Below are positions 1 to 6,676 of a DNA stretch of 7,336 nt, piece after piece. The stretch lies in the IMG/VR virus record IMGVR_UViG_2541047844_000003, one strand, 5' to 3'. This DNA comes from a virus (Duplodnaviria > Heunggongvirae > Uroviricota > Caudoviricetes). Under the pieces are notes generated by a model. It worked only from the letters and a program-made list of their open reading frames with translations, did not search any database and was not told the DNA's origin. The position numbers and the translations under genes are program-made. Positions within the stretch are counted from its first letter, which is position 1. Each line of letters begins with the position of its first letter.

Positions 1-95
1 GCACTGGGTTATCGCTCGCCACGGGAATATCTACGGCAGCAAGCCAGTAATGGGTTAAGTGATAACAGGTGTCTGGAAATATAGGGGCAAATCCA
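1..95 (+). mobile_element. 3' terminus of an IS2 insertion sequence (partial; element continues upstream of the window)
   Basis: Frame 1 reads through from the window edge as ...ALGYRSPREYLRQQASNGLSDNRCLEI, stop at 82-84, which I recognise as the C-terminus of the IS2 transposase (InsD). The sequence TAGGGGCAAATCCA at 82-95 matches the IS2 terminal inverted repeat as recalled. No alignment was run. Confidence 0.65.
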
Positions 96-350
96 CTTTG
101 CACACTCGCCTGGTTATGGCGAGCAAGTGATACGATGTTAACCGCCTGCCAGAACGTTACGCCCCTTCTTCAGGTCGCAGAGCATCGCGAAGCAGGTAGA
201 TTCACTTCAATCGAACAAGAATATCCTCGGATACTCAACAGGGCGCGAGAAATCCTTGCCAGAGAAACGGCGCATGTAAAATTCCAACCGTGGCAGGATG
301 ATAAGTGGAGTCGTGTGTTACCATATTTCCGTCAGAATCTGTTGCAATAA
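69..350 (+). CDS. hypothetical ORF spanning the IS2 junction; residues from 96 onward may be the 3' remnant of a gene interrupted by IS2
   Basis: Six-frame track ORF with a GTG start that lies inside the IS2 terminus. Downstream of the IS2 end only this frame is open (85 codons, 96-350); the other two + frames hit stops within about 45 nt. First internal ATG at 135. Product not recognised. Followed by a strong terminator. Confidence 0.3.
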   Translation: MSGNIGANPLCTLAWLWRASDTMLTACQNVTPLLQVAEHREAGRFTSIEQEYPRILNRAREILARETAHVKFQPWQDDKWSRVLPYFRQNLLQ

Positions 351-369
351 AGTCACTAGTTAGAAATAC

Positions 370-410
370 TGCCAGCATTCTGCGATGACGGAAGTGCTGG
401 CATTTTTTTT
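370..410 (+). terminator. rho-independent terminator
   Basis: Perfect 8-bp inverted repeat TGCCAGCA (370-377) / TGCTGGCA (395-402), followed by a run of eight T (403-410), about 20 nt after the stop at 348-350. Confidence 0.65.
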
Positions 411-527
411 GGTAATGTGCGAGTCCATTTCATAAAATACGGGTACTGGAACTGGACGATATAATCTAAAAGATACCATTATCAGTAGCATTAAAATCGC
501 TATGTGCCGATACGGATATAAATTATA

Positions 528-580
528 TTGATTGTTCACATACCTTATTGGATATTACTGAGGGGTGTTTATATAAGGTG
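528..580 (+). promoter_or_regulatory. candidate sigma70 promoter and ribosome-binding site for the 169-aa ORF
   Basis: AT-rich region 413-585. Possible -35 TTGATT (528-533), 17-nt spacer, -10 GATATT (551-556), and Shine-Dalgarno AAGGTG (575-580) 5 nt before the ATG at 586. Assigned by eye only. Confidence 0.3.
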
Positions 581-585
581 TAACG

Positions 586-1095
586 ATGATGTGGAACTTT
601 GACAGTGCCGACTTAAGTGCAATAGCAGCAGGCATTTCTGCGTTTGGCACATTAGCCGCAGCGGGGTCGGCGCTTGCAAGTTGGTGCACGTCAAAAAAAG
701 CGCTGCAGCTACAAAATAGAGTTTACCTTTATGAGTCTTTAAAGGCTTGCGCTGAGAGAGCCAATTCATCAGCTAAAGATAAGCGCGGATCTGAATGGAG
801 CGTTAATGATGCAGCGGATATCATCAGGTGCCTAGTACGGGCGATGGAGCTCATCAAGCAGGATAGCCAGCAGAAAGAAGGTAATCAGGCATTAATGTTG
901 AAACAGTACTTTGTTAATCTGCTAATAATGGAACTGTACGAGGAAGTTCATAACGGTGATGCGGCTGATTCTGTTTTTAAAAGTACGGAACCTACACAAG
1001 TACTTGATAACTTATGGAGCAAATGGCAGGAGGCTATAGCTTTTTTTGATATTTGGAATTACCCAGTTGCGACTGAGGAAGACTTGGCAGACTAA
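586..1095 (+). CDS. hypothetical membrane-anchored protein, 169 aa, function unknown
   Basis: Track ORF starting ATGATG. Acidic N-terminus (MMWNFDSAD), then a ~24-residue Ala/Gly-rich hydrophobic segment (LSAIAAGISAFGTLAAAGSALASW), then KK and a ~135-residue soluble, apparently helical domain with an acidic C-terminus. No family recognised. Sits where lambda carries ren, between the replication genes and ninB. Confidence 0.6.
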   Translation: MMWNFDSADLSAIAAGISAFGTLAAAGSALASWCTSKKALQLQNRVYLYESLKACAERANSSAKDKRGSEWSVNDAADIIRCLVRAMELIKQDSQQKEGNQALMLKQYFVNLLIMELYEEVHNGDAADSVFKSTEPTQVLDNLWSKWQEAIAFFDIWNYPVATEEDLAD

Positions 1096-1289
1096 TTTTC
1101 AGCACATTTGATTTCCAATAATCAACCAGCCATAATCATGCCATTGGAGCTTGAACAACTCCGGTGACTTCTGCGCTAAACGGGGACGTTTATGCGCACA
1201 TACAATCCAAACTCTCTTCTCCCTTCACAGATGCAGAGATGCACCTGCGATTTTTTGCATCCAGCGTTTGACCTCTGCGGAGGTGAAGC

Positions 1290-1745
1290 GTGAACCTCCC
1301 ACAAGACGGCATCAAATTGCATCGTGGTAACTTCACCGCTATCGGCCAGCAGATCCAGCCTTATCTGGAGGAAGGCAAATGCTTTCGCATGGTGCTTAAA
1401 CCGTGGCGTGAGAAACGCAGTCTTTCCCAGAATGCACTCAGCCACATGTGGTACAGCGAAATCAGTGAATACCTCATCAGCAGGGGTAAAACGTTCGCCA
1501 CTCCAGCTTGGGTAAAAGATGCTCTCAAACACACATATCTCGGTTATGAAACCAAAGACCTGGTTGATGTCGTAACCGGTGAGATCACCACTATCCAGTC
1601 GTTACGCCATACCTCCGATCTTGATACCGGAGAGATGTATATCTTCCTGTGTAAGGTTGAAGCCTGGGCGGTGAATATTGGCTGCCACCTGACTATTCCG
1701 CAGAGCTGCGAGTTCCAGCTGCTGCGCGACAAGCAGGAGGCGTAA
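1290..1745 (+). CDS. ybcN: NinB/Orf-family recombination protein (YbcN-like)
   Basis: 151 aa with GTG start at 1290, preceded by GGAGGTG. The stretch [20 protein letters not shown] resembles the lambda NinB motif RSLDQN. Gene order matches the DLP12 nin region. Confidence 0.8.
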   Translation: MNLPQDGIKLHRGNFTAIGQQIQPYLEEGKCFRMVLKPWREKRSLSQNALSHMWYSEISEYLISRGKTFATPAWVKDALKHTYLGYETKDLVDVVTGEITTIQSLRHTSDLDTGEMYIFLCKVEAWAVNIGCHLTIPQSCEFQLLRDKQEA

Positions 1746-1915
1746 TGGCTACACCGCTTATTCGTGTCATGAACGGACACATCTACAGAGTACCAAATCG
1801 TCGTAAGCGTAAACCTGAGCTGAAGCCATCCGAAATACCAACACTGCTCGGATATACCGCCAGCTTGGTTGATAAAAAATGGTTGCGACTGGCAGCAAGG
1901 AGGAATCATGGCTGA
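1745..1915 (+). CDS. ninE: NinE-family protein, 56 aa
   Basis: Absent from the ORF track (below its length cutoff). ATG at 1745 overlaps the ybcN stop (TAATG). Translation [56 protein letters not shown] is basic, stop TGA at 1913-1915. Position and size match ninE of lambdoid phages. Confidence 0.7.
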   Translation: MATPLIRVMNGHIYRVPNRRKRKPELKPSEIPTLLGYTASLVDKKWLRLAARRNHG

Positions 1916-2198
1916 TTTGAGAAAAGCAGCGCGTGGTCGGGAATGCCAGGTAAGAATCCCTGGCGTATGTAATGGCAATTCTGAGACGTCTGTACTGGCA
2001 CATATCCGGCTGGCTGGATTGTGCGGTACCGGTATCAAACCGCCAGACCTGATTGCCACCATTGCATGTTCTGCCTGCCACGACGAAATCGACCGCCGCA
2101 CGCATTTTGTTGACGCTGGATATGCAAAAGAATGCGCGCTGGAAGGTATGGCGAGAACGCAGGTTATCTGGCTGAAAGAGAGGGTAATTAAGGCGTGA
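1908..2198 (+). CDS. ybcO: YbcO-like protein (DUF1364, putative Cys/His metal-binding nuclease), 96 aa
   Basis: ATG at 1908 preceded by AAGGAGGAATC; product [26 protein letters not shown]... with several Cys and His. The track's 109-aa version starts further upstream inside ninE; the ATG with the RBS is preferred. Overlaps the ninE stop. Confidence 0.8.
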   Translation: MADLRKAARGRECQVRIPGVCNGNSETSVLAHIRLAGLCGTGIKPPDLIATIACSACHDEIDRRTHFVDAGYAKECALEGMARTQVIWLKERVIKA

Positions 2199-2557
2199 AT
2201 ACTTACCACATCACACTACCCTGGCCTCCGAGCAATAATCGCTATTACCGCCATAATCGCGGGCGCACGCACGTCAGCGCAGAGGGGCAGGCATACCGCG
2301 ATAACGTCGCCCGAATCATTAAAAACGCAATGCTGGATATCGGCCTGGCTATGCCTGTGAAAATCCGCATTGAGTGCCACATGCCGGATCGCCGTCGCCG
2401 TGACCTGGATAATCTGCAAAAAGCCGCTTTTGACGCACTCACTAAAGCAGGTTTCTGGCTGGATGATGCTCAGGTCGTTGATTACCGCGTTGTGAAGATG
2501 CCTGTTACCAAAGGTGGGAGGCTGGAACTGACCATCACCGAAATGGGGAATGAATGA
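2195..2557 (+). CDS. rusA: RusA Holliday-junction resolvase, 120 aa
   Basis: Product [37 protein letters not shown]... is near-identical to E. coli RusA as I recall it, including the acidic cluster RRRDLDN...DDAQ. GTG start overlaps the ybcO stop (GTGA). Confidence 0.9.
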   Translation: MNTYHITLPWPPSNNRYYRHNRGRTHVSAEGQAYRDNVARIIKNAMLDIGLAMPVKIRIECHMPDRRRRDLDNLQKAAFDALTKAGFWLDDAQVVDYRVVKMPVTKGGRLELTITEMGNE

Positions 2558-2694
2558 TGTTTGAGTTTAATATGGCAGAACTTCTTCGCCACCGCTGGGG
2601 GCGTCTGCGCTTATATCGTTTCCCCGGCTCTGTTTTGACCGATTACCGAATACTGAAGAATTACGCCAAAACACTGACAGGAGCAGGAGTATGA
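2554..2694 (+). CDS. ylcG: YlcG-like small protein, 46 aa
   Basis: Absent from the ORF track (short). ATG at 2554 overlaps the rusA stop (ATGA); product [46 protein letters not shown], stop 2692-2694. Matches the DLP12 ylcG position. Confidence 0.6.
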   Translation: MMFEFNMAELLRHRWGRLRLYRFPGSVLTDYRILKNYAKTLTGAGV

Positions 2695-2779
2695 AGTCAG
2701 AGATAACAATCAACTAATACTGTTTTGTTGATTTTTGCTTGTAATTGGCGTTCTGGTCTGAGTTTTGTGGAGTAAGTTG

Positions 2780-3163
2780 ATGCGTGATATTCAGATGGTT
2801 CTTGAGCGTTGGGGAGCGTGGGCGGCTAATAATCATGAAGATGTGACCTGGTCGTCCATTGCCGCCGGTTTTAAGGGATTAATTCCTTCAAAAGTAAAAT
2901 CTCGCCCGCAATGTTGTGACGATGACGCGATGATCATTTGCGGGTGCATGGCCCGTCTGAAAAAGAACAACAGCGATTTGCACGATTTATTAGTAGATTA
3001 TTATGTAGTCGGTATGACATTCATGTCACTGGCAGGTAAGCATTGCTGCTCTGATGGTTATATCGGGAAAAGGTTACAAAAGGCTGAGGGCATAATTGAA
3101 GGGATGTTAATGGCATTAGATATCCGGTTAGAGATGGATATCGTTGTTAATAACTCTAATTAA
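2780..3163 (+). CDS. quuD: late-gene antitermination protein Q (phage 21/82-type Q family), 127 aa
   Basis: Product [26 protein letters not shown]... with Cys clusters ([15 protein letters not shown]), consistent with a small Q antiterminator; matches DLP12 QuuD as recalled. ATG at 2780 preferred over the track's upstream TTG at 2765 because GGAG lies about 8 nt upstream. Confidence 0.8.
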   Translation: MRDIQMVLERWGAWAANNHEDVTWSSIAAGFKGLIPSKVKSRPQCCDDDAMIICGCMARLKKNNSDLHDLLVDYYVVGMTFMSLAGKHCCSDGYIGKRLQKAEGIIEGMLMALDIRLEMDIVVNNSN

Positions 3164-3196
3164 TATGCCAATTGTTTACTAAAAATTATTAAAAAT

Positions 3197-3214
3197 GGGG
3201 CGTTGAGACGCCCC
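3197..3214 (-). terminator. candidate rho-independent terminator for the nmpC transcript
   Basis: GGGGCG (3197-3202) / CGCCCC (3209-3214) stem with a 6-nt loop. On the minus strand the stem is followed by ATTTTTAATAATTTTT. About 140 nt beyond the nmpC stop. Confidence 0.4.
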
Positions 3215-3302
3215 CAAAAATAAAGGGTAATATATAACAGAAGGTTTATATAGTTAGAAGCAAGGTTGTGCTTCTAAAGGAAGTGGCTTGAGGGAGCCAC
3301 TT

Positions 3303-3344
3303 ATATGTTGGGGAGGCAACGCCTCCCGCAACATATCTTTTTCG
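3303..3344 (+). terminator. rho-independent terminator downstream of Q
   Basis: Long stem ATATGTTGGGGAGGC (3303-3317), loop AAC, GCCTCCC-g-CAACATAT (3321-3336, one bulged G), followed by CTTTTT (3337-3342). About 15 bp of pairing. Confidence 0.55.
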
Positions 3345-3352
3345 TAATCAGA

Positions 3353-4435
3353 TTAGAACTGGTAAACCAGACCTACAGCAACGATGTCATCAGTATCAAT
3401 ACCAGCTGTTTTGGTAAACTTACTATCGTCAATTAAGTTGATTTTGTAATCAACAAAAGTGGACATGTTTTTATTAAAGTAGTAAGTAGCACCGACATCG
3501 ACATACTTGACTAAGTCTCGGTCACCATGAACACCAAGGTCTTTACCTTTTGACTGAAGGTAAGCAACAGATGGGCGCAGACCGAAGTCAAACTGATATT
3601 GTGCTACTGCTTCAAAGTTTTGTGCTTTGTTTGCAATATGGTTATTACCAAAAACGGTCATATTCTGAGTTTCAGAATATGTGGTAGCCAGATAGATATT
3701 GTTCGCATCATATTTCAGGCCTGCAGCCCATACTTCCGCATTTTTGCCGGAGGCATTGAATTTGCTCTTACCATAGGCGACCTGACCGTCAGTGCGATCT
3801 GATTTAGCATAGGTTGCACCCACGCCGAATCCTTCATACTCATAAGTAGTGGAGAAACCGAAACCATCACCATTGGCTTCAGTTACGTCAGTGCGGTCAT
3901 TTTTACCCTGATACTGAGCAGCAAAGTTCAGGCCATCGACCAGACCAAAGAAGTCGTTGTTACGATAAGTTGCAACACCAGTAGTGCGACCAGTCATGAA
4001 CACATCTGTTTGGGTCCAGGTATCACCACCGAATTCTGGCAGGACGTCAGTCCACGCACCGATGTCGTATGCTACACCGTAGTTACGGCCGTAATCGATT
4101 GAGCCGTAATCACCAAATTTCAGGCCTGCAAATGCAAGACGGGTTTTGTCTTTGGAAGAACCTTGAGATTCAGCGCGGTTGCCTTTGAATTCATATTCCC
4201 ACTGACCGAAACCAGTCAGTTGATCGTTGATTTGGGTTTCACCTTTGAAGCCAAGACGGGCATAAGTAGTATCACCATCATCTGCATCATTAGAGGAGAA
4301 GTAGTGCTTAGCATTAACTTTCCCGTACAGATCCAGCTTGTTACTGTCTTTATTATAAATTTCAGCTGCCTGAGCAGACATCGCCATCAGTACTGATGCA
4401 GCTACAGCAGAAATTGCCACTGTTAATTTTTTCAT
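3353..4435 (-). CDS. nmpC: outer-membrane general porin, OmpC/OmpF/PhoE family (NmpC / Lc-type prophage porin), 360 aa, apparently intact
   Basis: Signal peptide [23 protein letters not shown] followed by AEIYNKD; porin-typical Gly/Tyr/Asp-rich beta-strand sequence; C-terminal ...VGLVYQF ending in Phe, typical of beta-barrel outer-membrane proteins. Opposite orientation between Q and the lysis genes, as in DLP12 and phage PA-2. Confidence 0.9.
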   Translation of the reverse strand: MKKLTVAISAVAASVLMAMSAQAAEIYNKDSNKLDLYGKVNAKHYFSSNDADDGDTTYARLGFKGETQINDQLTGFGQWEYEFKGNRAESQGSSKDKTRLAFAGLKFGDYGSIDYGRNYGVAYDIGAWTDVLPEFGGDTWTQTDVFMTGRTTGVATYRNNDFFGLVDGLNFAAQYQGKNDRTDVTEANGDGFGFSTTYEYEGFGVGATYAKSDRTDGQVAYGKSKFNASGKNAEVWAAGLKYDANNIYLATTYSETQNMTVFGNNHIANKAQNFEAVAQYQFDFGLRPSVAYLQSKGKDLGVHGDRDLVKYVDVGATYYFNKNMSTFVDYKINLIDDSKFTKTAGIDTDDIVAVGLVYQF

Positions 4436-4645
4436 CGTGAGCCCTTTTTTTTGAACTATTATTAAAAAATGATGTCACTGCGCGATAAATATTCATCTAA
4501 TCAATGTGATTATTTCAAGATGTAAGTTTTGGTTTCTCGTTTAATTTGTGAAGTAGATCTCTATTTTTATCTGAACTTTTTTCTATCGAATCCTATTCAT
4601 GGCTCTTGGCTGAATAAAAATAAATCTATTAGCCAATTTATATTA

Positions 4646-4674
4646 ATGGCTGTTATTTATAAGTGCTCTATAAT
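4646..4674 (+). promoter_or_regulatory. candidate late-promoter (PR'-like) -10 element
   Basis: Perfect TATAAT at 4669-4674 with a poor -35 (ATGGCT at 4646-4651, 17-nt spacer), about 190 nt upstream of the terminator at 4864-4896. Flanked by inverted 9-mers AGCCAATTT (4631-4639) and AAATTGGCT (4690-4698). Speculative. Confidence 0.2.
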
Positions 4675-4863
4675 TTGAAGGTTCAATTTAAATTGGCTAA
4701 AAATAACGCTGGAAATTATTTGTTGGTTATTTGTTGAGATTTGCTTATGTATTTGTAGTGGTGTTTTCAATACTCGGTAGCATTCTCGCAAATATCATTT
4801 AGTGGTTTACGTACGTAAAAAATTGGTTATGCTGTTAAGAGTGGTTACTTCGTCACACAGCTT

Positions 4864-4896
4864 AAACCCGCCGTCGAGCGGGTTTTTCCATTTTTT
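4864..4896 (+). terminator. rho-independent terminator upstream of the lysis cassette (tR'-like)
   Basis: AAACCCGC (4864-4871) / GCGGGTTT (4878-4885) stem with loop CGTCGA, followed by TTCCATTTTTT. About 110 nt before the essD start. Confidence 0.55.
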
Positions 4897-5008
4897 GAGT
4901 CTCGATATTAGCTGATAACCCAATACCTGAGTTATTCACTGACTCCGAGTCTGTTACGTTTCGTAGTATTCCCTCAATTTACACCCGCTTTGTCTGCGAG
5001 GTGGGGTT

Positions 5009-5224
5009 ATGAAATCCATGGATAAGTTAACAACGGGTGTCGCCTATGGCACCTCAGCAGGTAGTGCCGGGTACTGGTTTTTACAGCTGCTCGATAAAGT
5101 CACGCCCTCACAGTGGGCAGCAATAGGTGTGCTGGGTAGCCTGGTATTTGGCCTGCTGACGTACCTGACAAACCTTTATTTCAAGATTAAAGAAGATAAG
5201 CGCAAGGCTGCGAGAGGTGAATAA
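5009..5224 (+). CDS. essD: class II holin (phage 21 S-type pinholin) with dual-start motif, 71 aa
   Basis: Product [71 protein letters not shown] matches S21 as recalled. Two in-frame starts (ATG 5009 and ATG 5018, Met1-Lys-Ser-Met4). Two hydrophobic segments and a basic C-terminus. GAGGTG upstream. Confidence 0.9.
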
Positions 5225-5721
5225 TGCCTCCATCATTACGAAAAGCTGTTGCTGCTGCTATTGGTGGCGGGGCTATTGCTATAGCATCTGTGTTAATCAC
5301 TGGCCCAAGTGGTAACGATGGTCTGGAAGGTGTGAGACATAATCCTTACAAAGACATAGTTGGTGTATGGACTGTATGTTACGGGCATACAGGAAAAGAC
5401 ATCATTCCCGGTAAAACGTATACCGAAGCAGAGTGCAAAGCCCTCCTGAATAAAGACCTTGCCACTGTCGCCAGACAAATTAACCGGTACATCAAAGTCG
5501 ATATACCGGAAACAACGCGCGGCGCTCTTTACTCGTTCGTCTACAACGTGGGTGCTGGCAATTTCAGAACATCGACGCTTCTTCGCAAAATAAACCAGGG
5601 TGATATTAAAGGCGCATGTGATCAGCTACGGCGCTGGACATACGCTGGCGGTAATCAATGGAAAGGACTGATGACTCGCCGTGAGATTGAGCGTGAAGTC
5701 TGTTTGTGGGGGAAACAATGA
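5224..5721 (+). CDS. rrrD: SAR (signal-anchor-release) endolysin, lysozyme family, 165 aa
   Basis: N-terminal Gly/Ala-rich weakly hydrophobic SAR segment ([20 protein letters not shown]) followed by a T4-lysozyme-like domain ([10 protein letters not shown]..., [11 protein letters not shown]). Start overlaps the essD stop (TAATG). Matches phage 21 R / DLP12 RrrD as recalled. Confidence 0.9.
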   Translation: MPPSLRKAVAAAIGGGAIAIASVLITGPSGNDGLEGVRHNPYKDIVGVWTVCYGHTGKDIIPGKTYTEAECKALLNKDLATVARQINRYIKVDIPETTRGALYSFVYNVGAGNFRTSTLLRKINQGDIKGACDQLRRWTYAGGNQWKGLMTRREIEREVCLWGKQ

Positions 5722-6185
5722 GCAGAGTAACCGCGATTATCTCCGCTCTGGTTATCTGCATCATCGTCTGCCTGTCATGGGCTGTTAATCATTACCGTGA
5801 TAATGCAATCGCCTACAAAGAACAGCGCGATAACAAGGCCAGTGAACTGGAGAAGGCGAACGCCACCATTACTGACATGCAGCAGCGCCAGCGTGATGCT
5901 GATGCACTCGATGATAAATACACGAAGGAGTTAGCTGATGCGAAAGCTGAAAATGATGCTCTTCGGCGCAAGCTTGATAATGGTGGTCGGGTGCTCGTCA
6001 AAGGAAAATGCCCTGTGCCATCCTCAGCCGAAACCTCCAGCGCCTCCGGCATGGGCAATGATGCCACCGTCGAACTCTCTCCAGTTGCTGGACGAAACGT
6101 TCTCGGTATCCGGGACGGAATTATCCGCGACCAAACAGCATTGAGAACGCTTCAGGAATACATCAGGACGCAATGCCTTCGATGA
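5718..6185 (+). CDS. rzpD: inner-membrane spanin subunit Rz (i-spanin), 155 aa
   Basis: ATG at 5718 overlaps the rrrD stop (ATGA). Product [40 protein letters not shown]... has an N-terminal TM helix, a coiled-coil-like central region and a C-terminal Cys, matching lambda Rz at the N-terminus as recalled. The track's start at 5706 is less likely. Confidence 0.85.
   Translation: MSRVTAIISALVICIIVCLSWAVNHYRDNAIAYKEQRDNKASELEKANATITDMQQRQRDADALDDKYTKELADAKAENDALRRKLDNGGRVLVKGKCPVPSSAETSSASGMGNDATVELSPVAGRNVLGIRDGIIRDQTALRTLQEYIRTQCLR
5938..6144 (+). CDS. rzoD: outer-membrane lipoprotein spanin subunit Rz1 (o-spanin), embedded in the +1 frame of rzpD
   Basis: Product [39 protein letters not shown]... 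has a lipoprotein signal with lipobox VVGC and a proline-rich stretch; GGAG upstream of the ATG; lies entirely within the Rz gene as in lambda Rz/Rz1. Exact start (Met1, Met6 or Met7) uncertain. Confidence 0.8.
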   Translation: MRKLKMMLFGASLIMVVGCSSKENALCHPQPKPPAPPAWAMMPPSNSLQLLDETFSVSGTELSATKQH

Positions 6186-6358
6186 TAGCGATAATTTTAC
6201 TCATCATCCTTCACATCTGGCTCTGTAGACAGGGTGGTGCTCACTTCTGGAGTGAATCCAGATTAAACATCTCATTGCTGATGCTTGATATTGAGCATTT
6301 TGCGCGCGGTAAGGGGCTGCGTTGAGATAAGAGCCAGTCATTACAAATACCAGGATTT

Positions 6359-6385
6359 AGCCTCGCATTCGCGGGGCTTTTTATT
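6359..6385 (+). terminator. candidate rho-independent terminator after the lysis cassette
   Basis: Stem AGCCTCGC (6359-6366) / GCGGGGCT (6371-6378) with one G-U wobble, loop ATTC, followed by TTTTATT (6379-6385). Confidence 0.45.
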
Positions 6386-6394
6386 GCCATTACA

Positions 6395-6420
6395 AAAGCC
6401 ACTTCCTACAGAGTGGCTTT
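6395..6420. terminator. perfect 9-bp inverted-repeat hairpin, possible bidirectional terminator
   Basis: AAAGCCACT (6395-6403) / AGTGGCTTT (6412-6420) with an 8-nt loop; T-rich 3' flank on both strands. Confidence 0.35.
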
Positions 6421-6676
6421 GATAATGGCTTATACCCTACACGGGATAACTTAACTGATATCCCTTTTAAAGGATAAAGGTATTCAAGCCTGACACATCA
6501 TGCGCTGTATCGTCGCCGTATTCCCGTATTAACAGAGACCGTAGCCCGACGGGGAACTCCTTCTGCGCGAGTGTGCGGGAATAATCAATAACGATGCACA
6601 CCGGGGTTACCGGGTACACATATTTCATCATGCCAGCGAGTCCGGTTCTGGCACGGAAGAAACCGGACGTTATGAT

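Noticed and set aside
569-769. 66-aa minus-strand ORF
   Set aside because: Antisense to the start of the 169-aa ORF and running into the promoter-like region; no support.
1176-1532. 118-aa minus-strand ORF, plus the 63-aa + ORF at 1324-1515
   Set aside because: Both overlap ybcN in alternative frames or antisense; no RBS and no recognisable features.
1544-2209. 221-aa minus-strand ORF, plus the nested 112-aa ORF at 1767-2105
   Set aside because: Entirely antisense to the well-supported ybcN-ninE-ybcO genes. The product is Ser/Cys/Arg-rich with no recognisable domain; likely a chance open frame.
2216-2442. Two minus-strand ORFs (67 and 65 aa) inside rusA
   Set aside because: Antisense to rusA, whose identity is strong; Arg-rich low-complexity translations typical of antisense frames.
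2707-2736. Weak hairpin AATCAAC/GTTGATT followed by TTT, between ylcG and Q
   Set aside because: Only 7 AT-rich base pairs with a 12-nt loop. It could be a weak terminator like those upstream of lambda Q, but it is too weak to call from sequence alone.
3164-3250. Late promoter (PR') immediately downstream of Q
   Set aside because: I looked for -35/-10 pairs (TTGAGA at 3203-3208 with GGTAAT or TAATAT; TATATA at 3247-3252) and none has acceptable spacing or a good -10. Not excluded, but not supported by eye.
3599-4396. Two + strand ORFs (67 and 77 aa) inside nmpC
   Set aside because: Antisense to the porin gene; hydrophobic low-complexity translations with no start context.
5293-6067. Minus-strand ORFs at 5293-5478 and 5813-6067
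   Set aside because: Antisense to rrrD and rzpD/rzoD respectively; the lysis genes are confidently assigned.
6186-6676. bor lipoprotein gene on the minus strand
   Set aside because: Expected from lambda and DLP12 gene order, but none of the minus-strand frames I translated gives a Bor-like sequence or a lipoprotein signal peptide.
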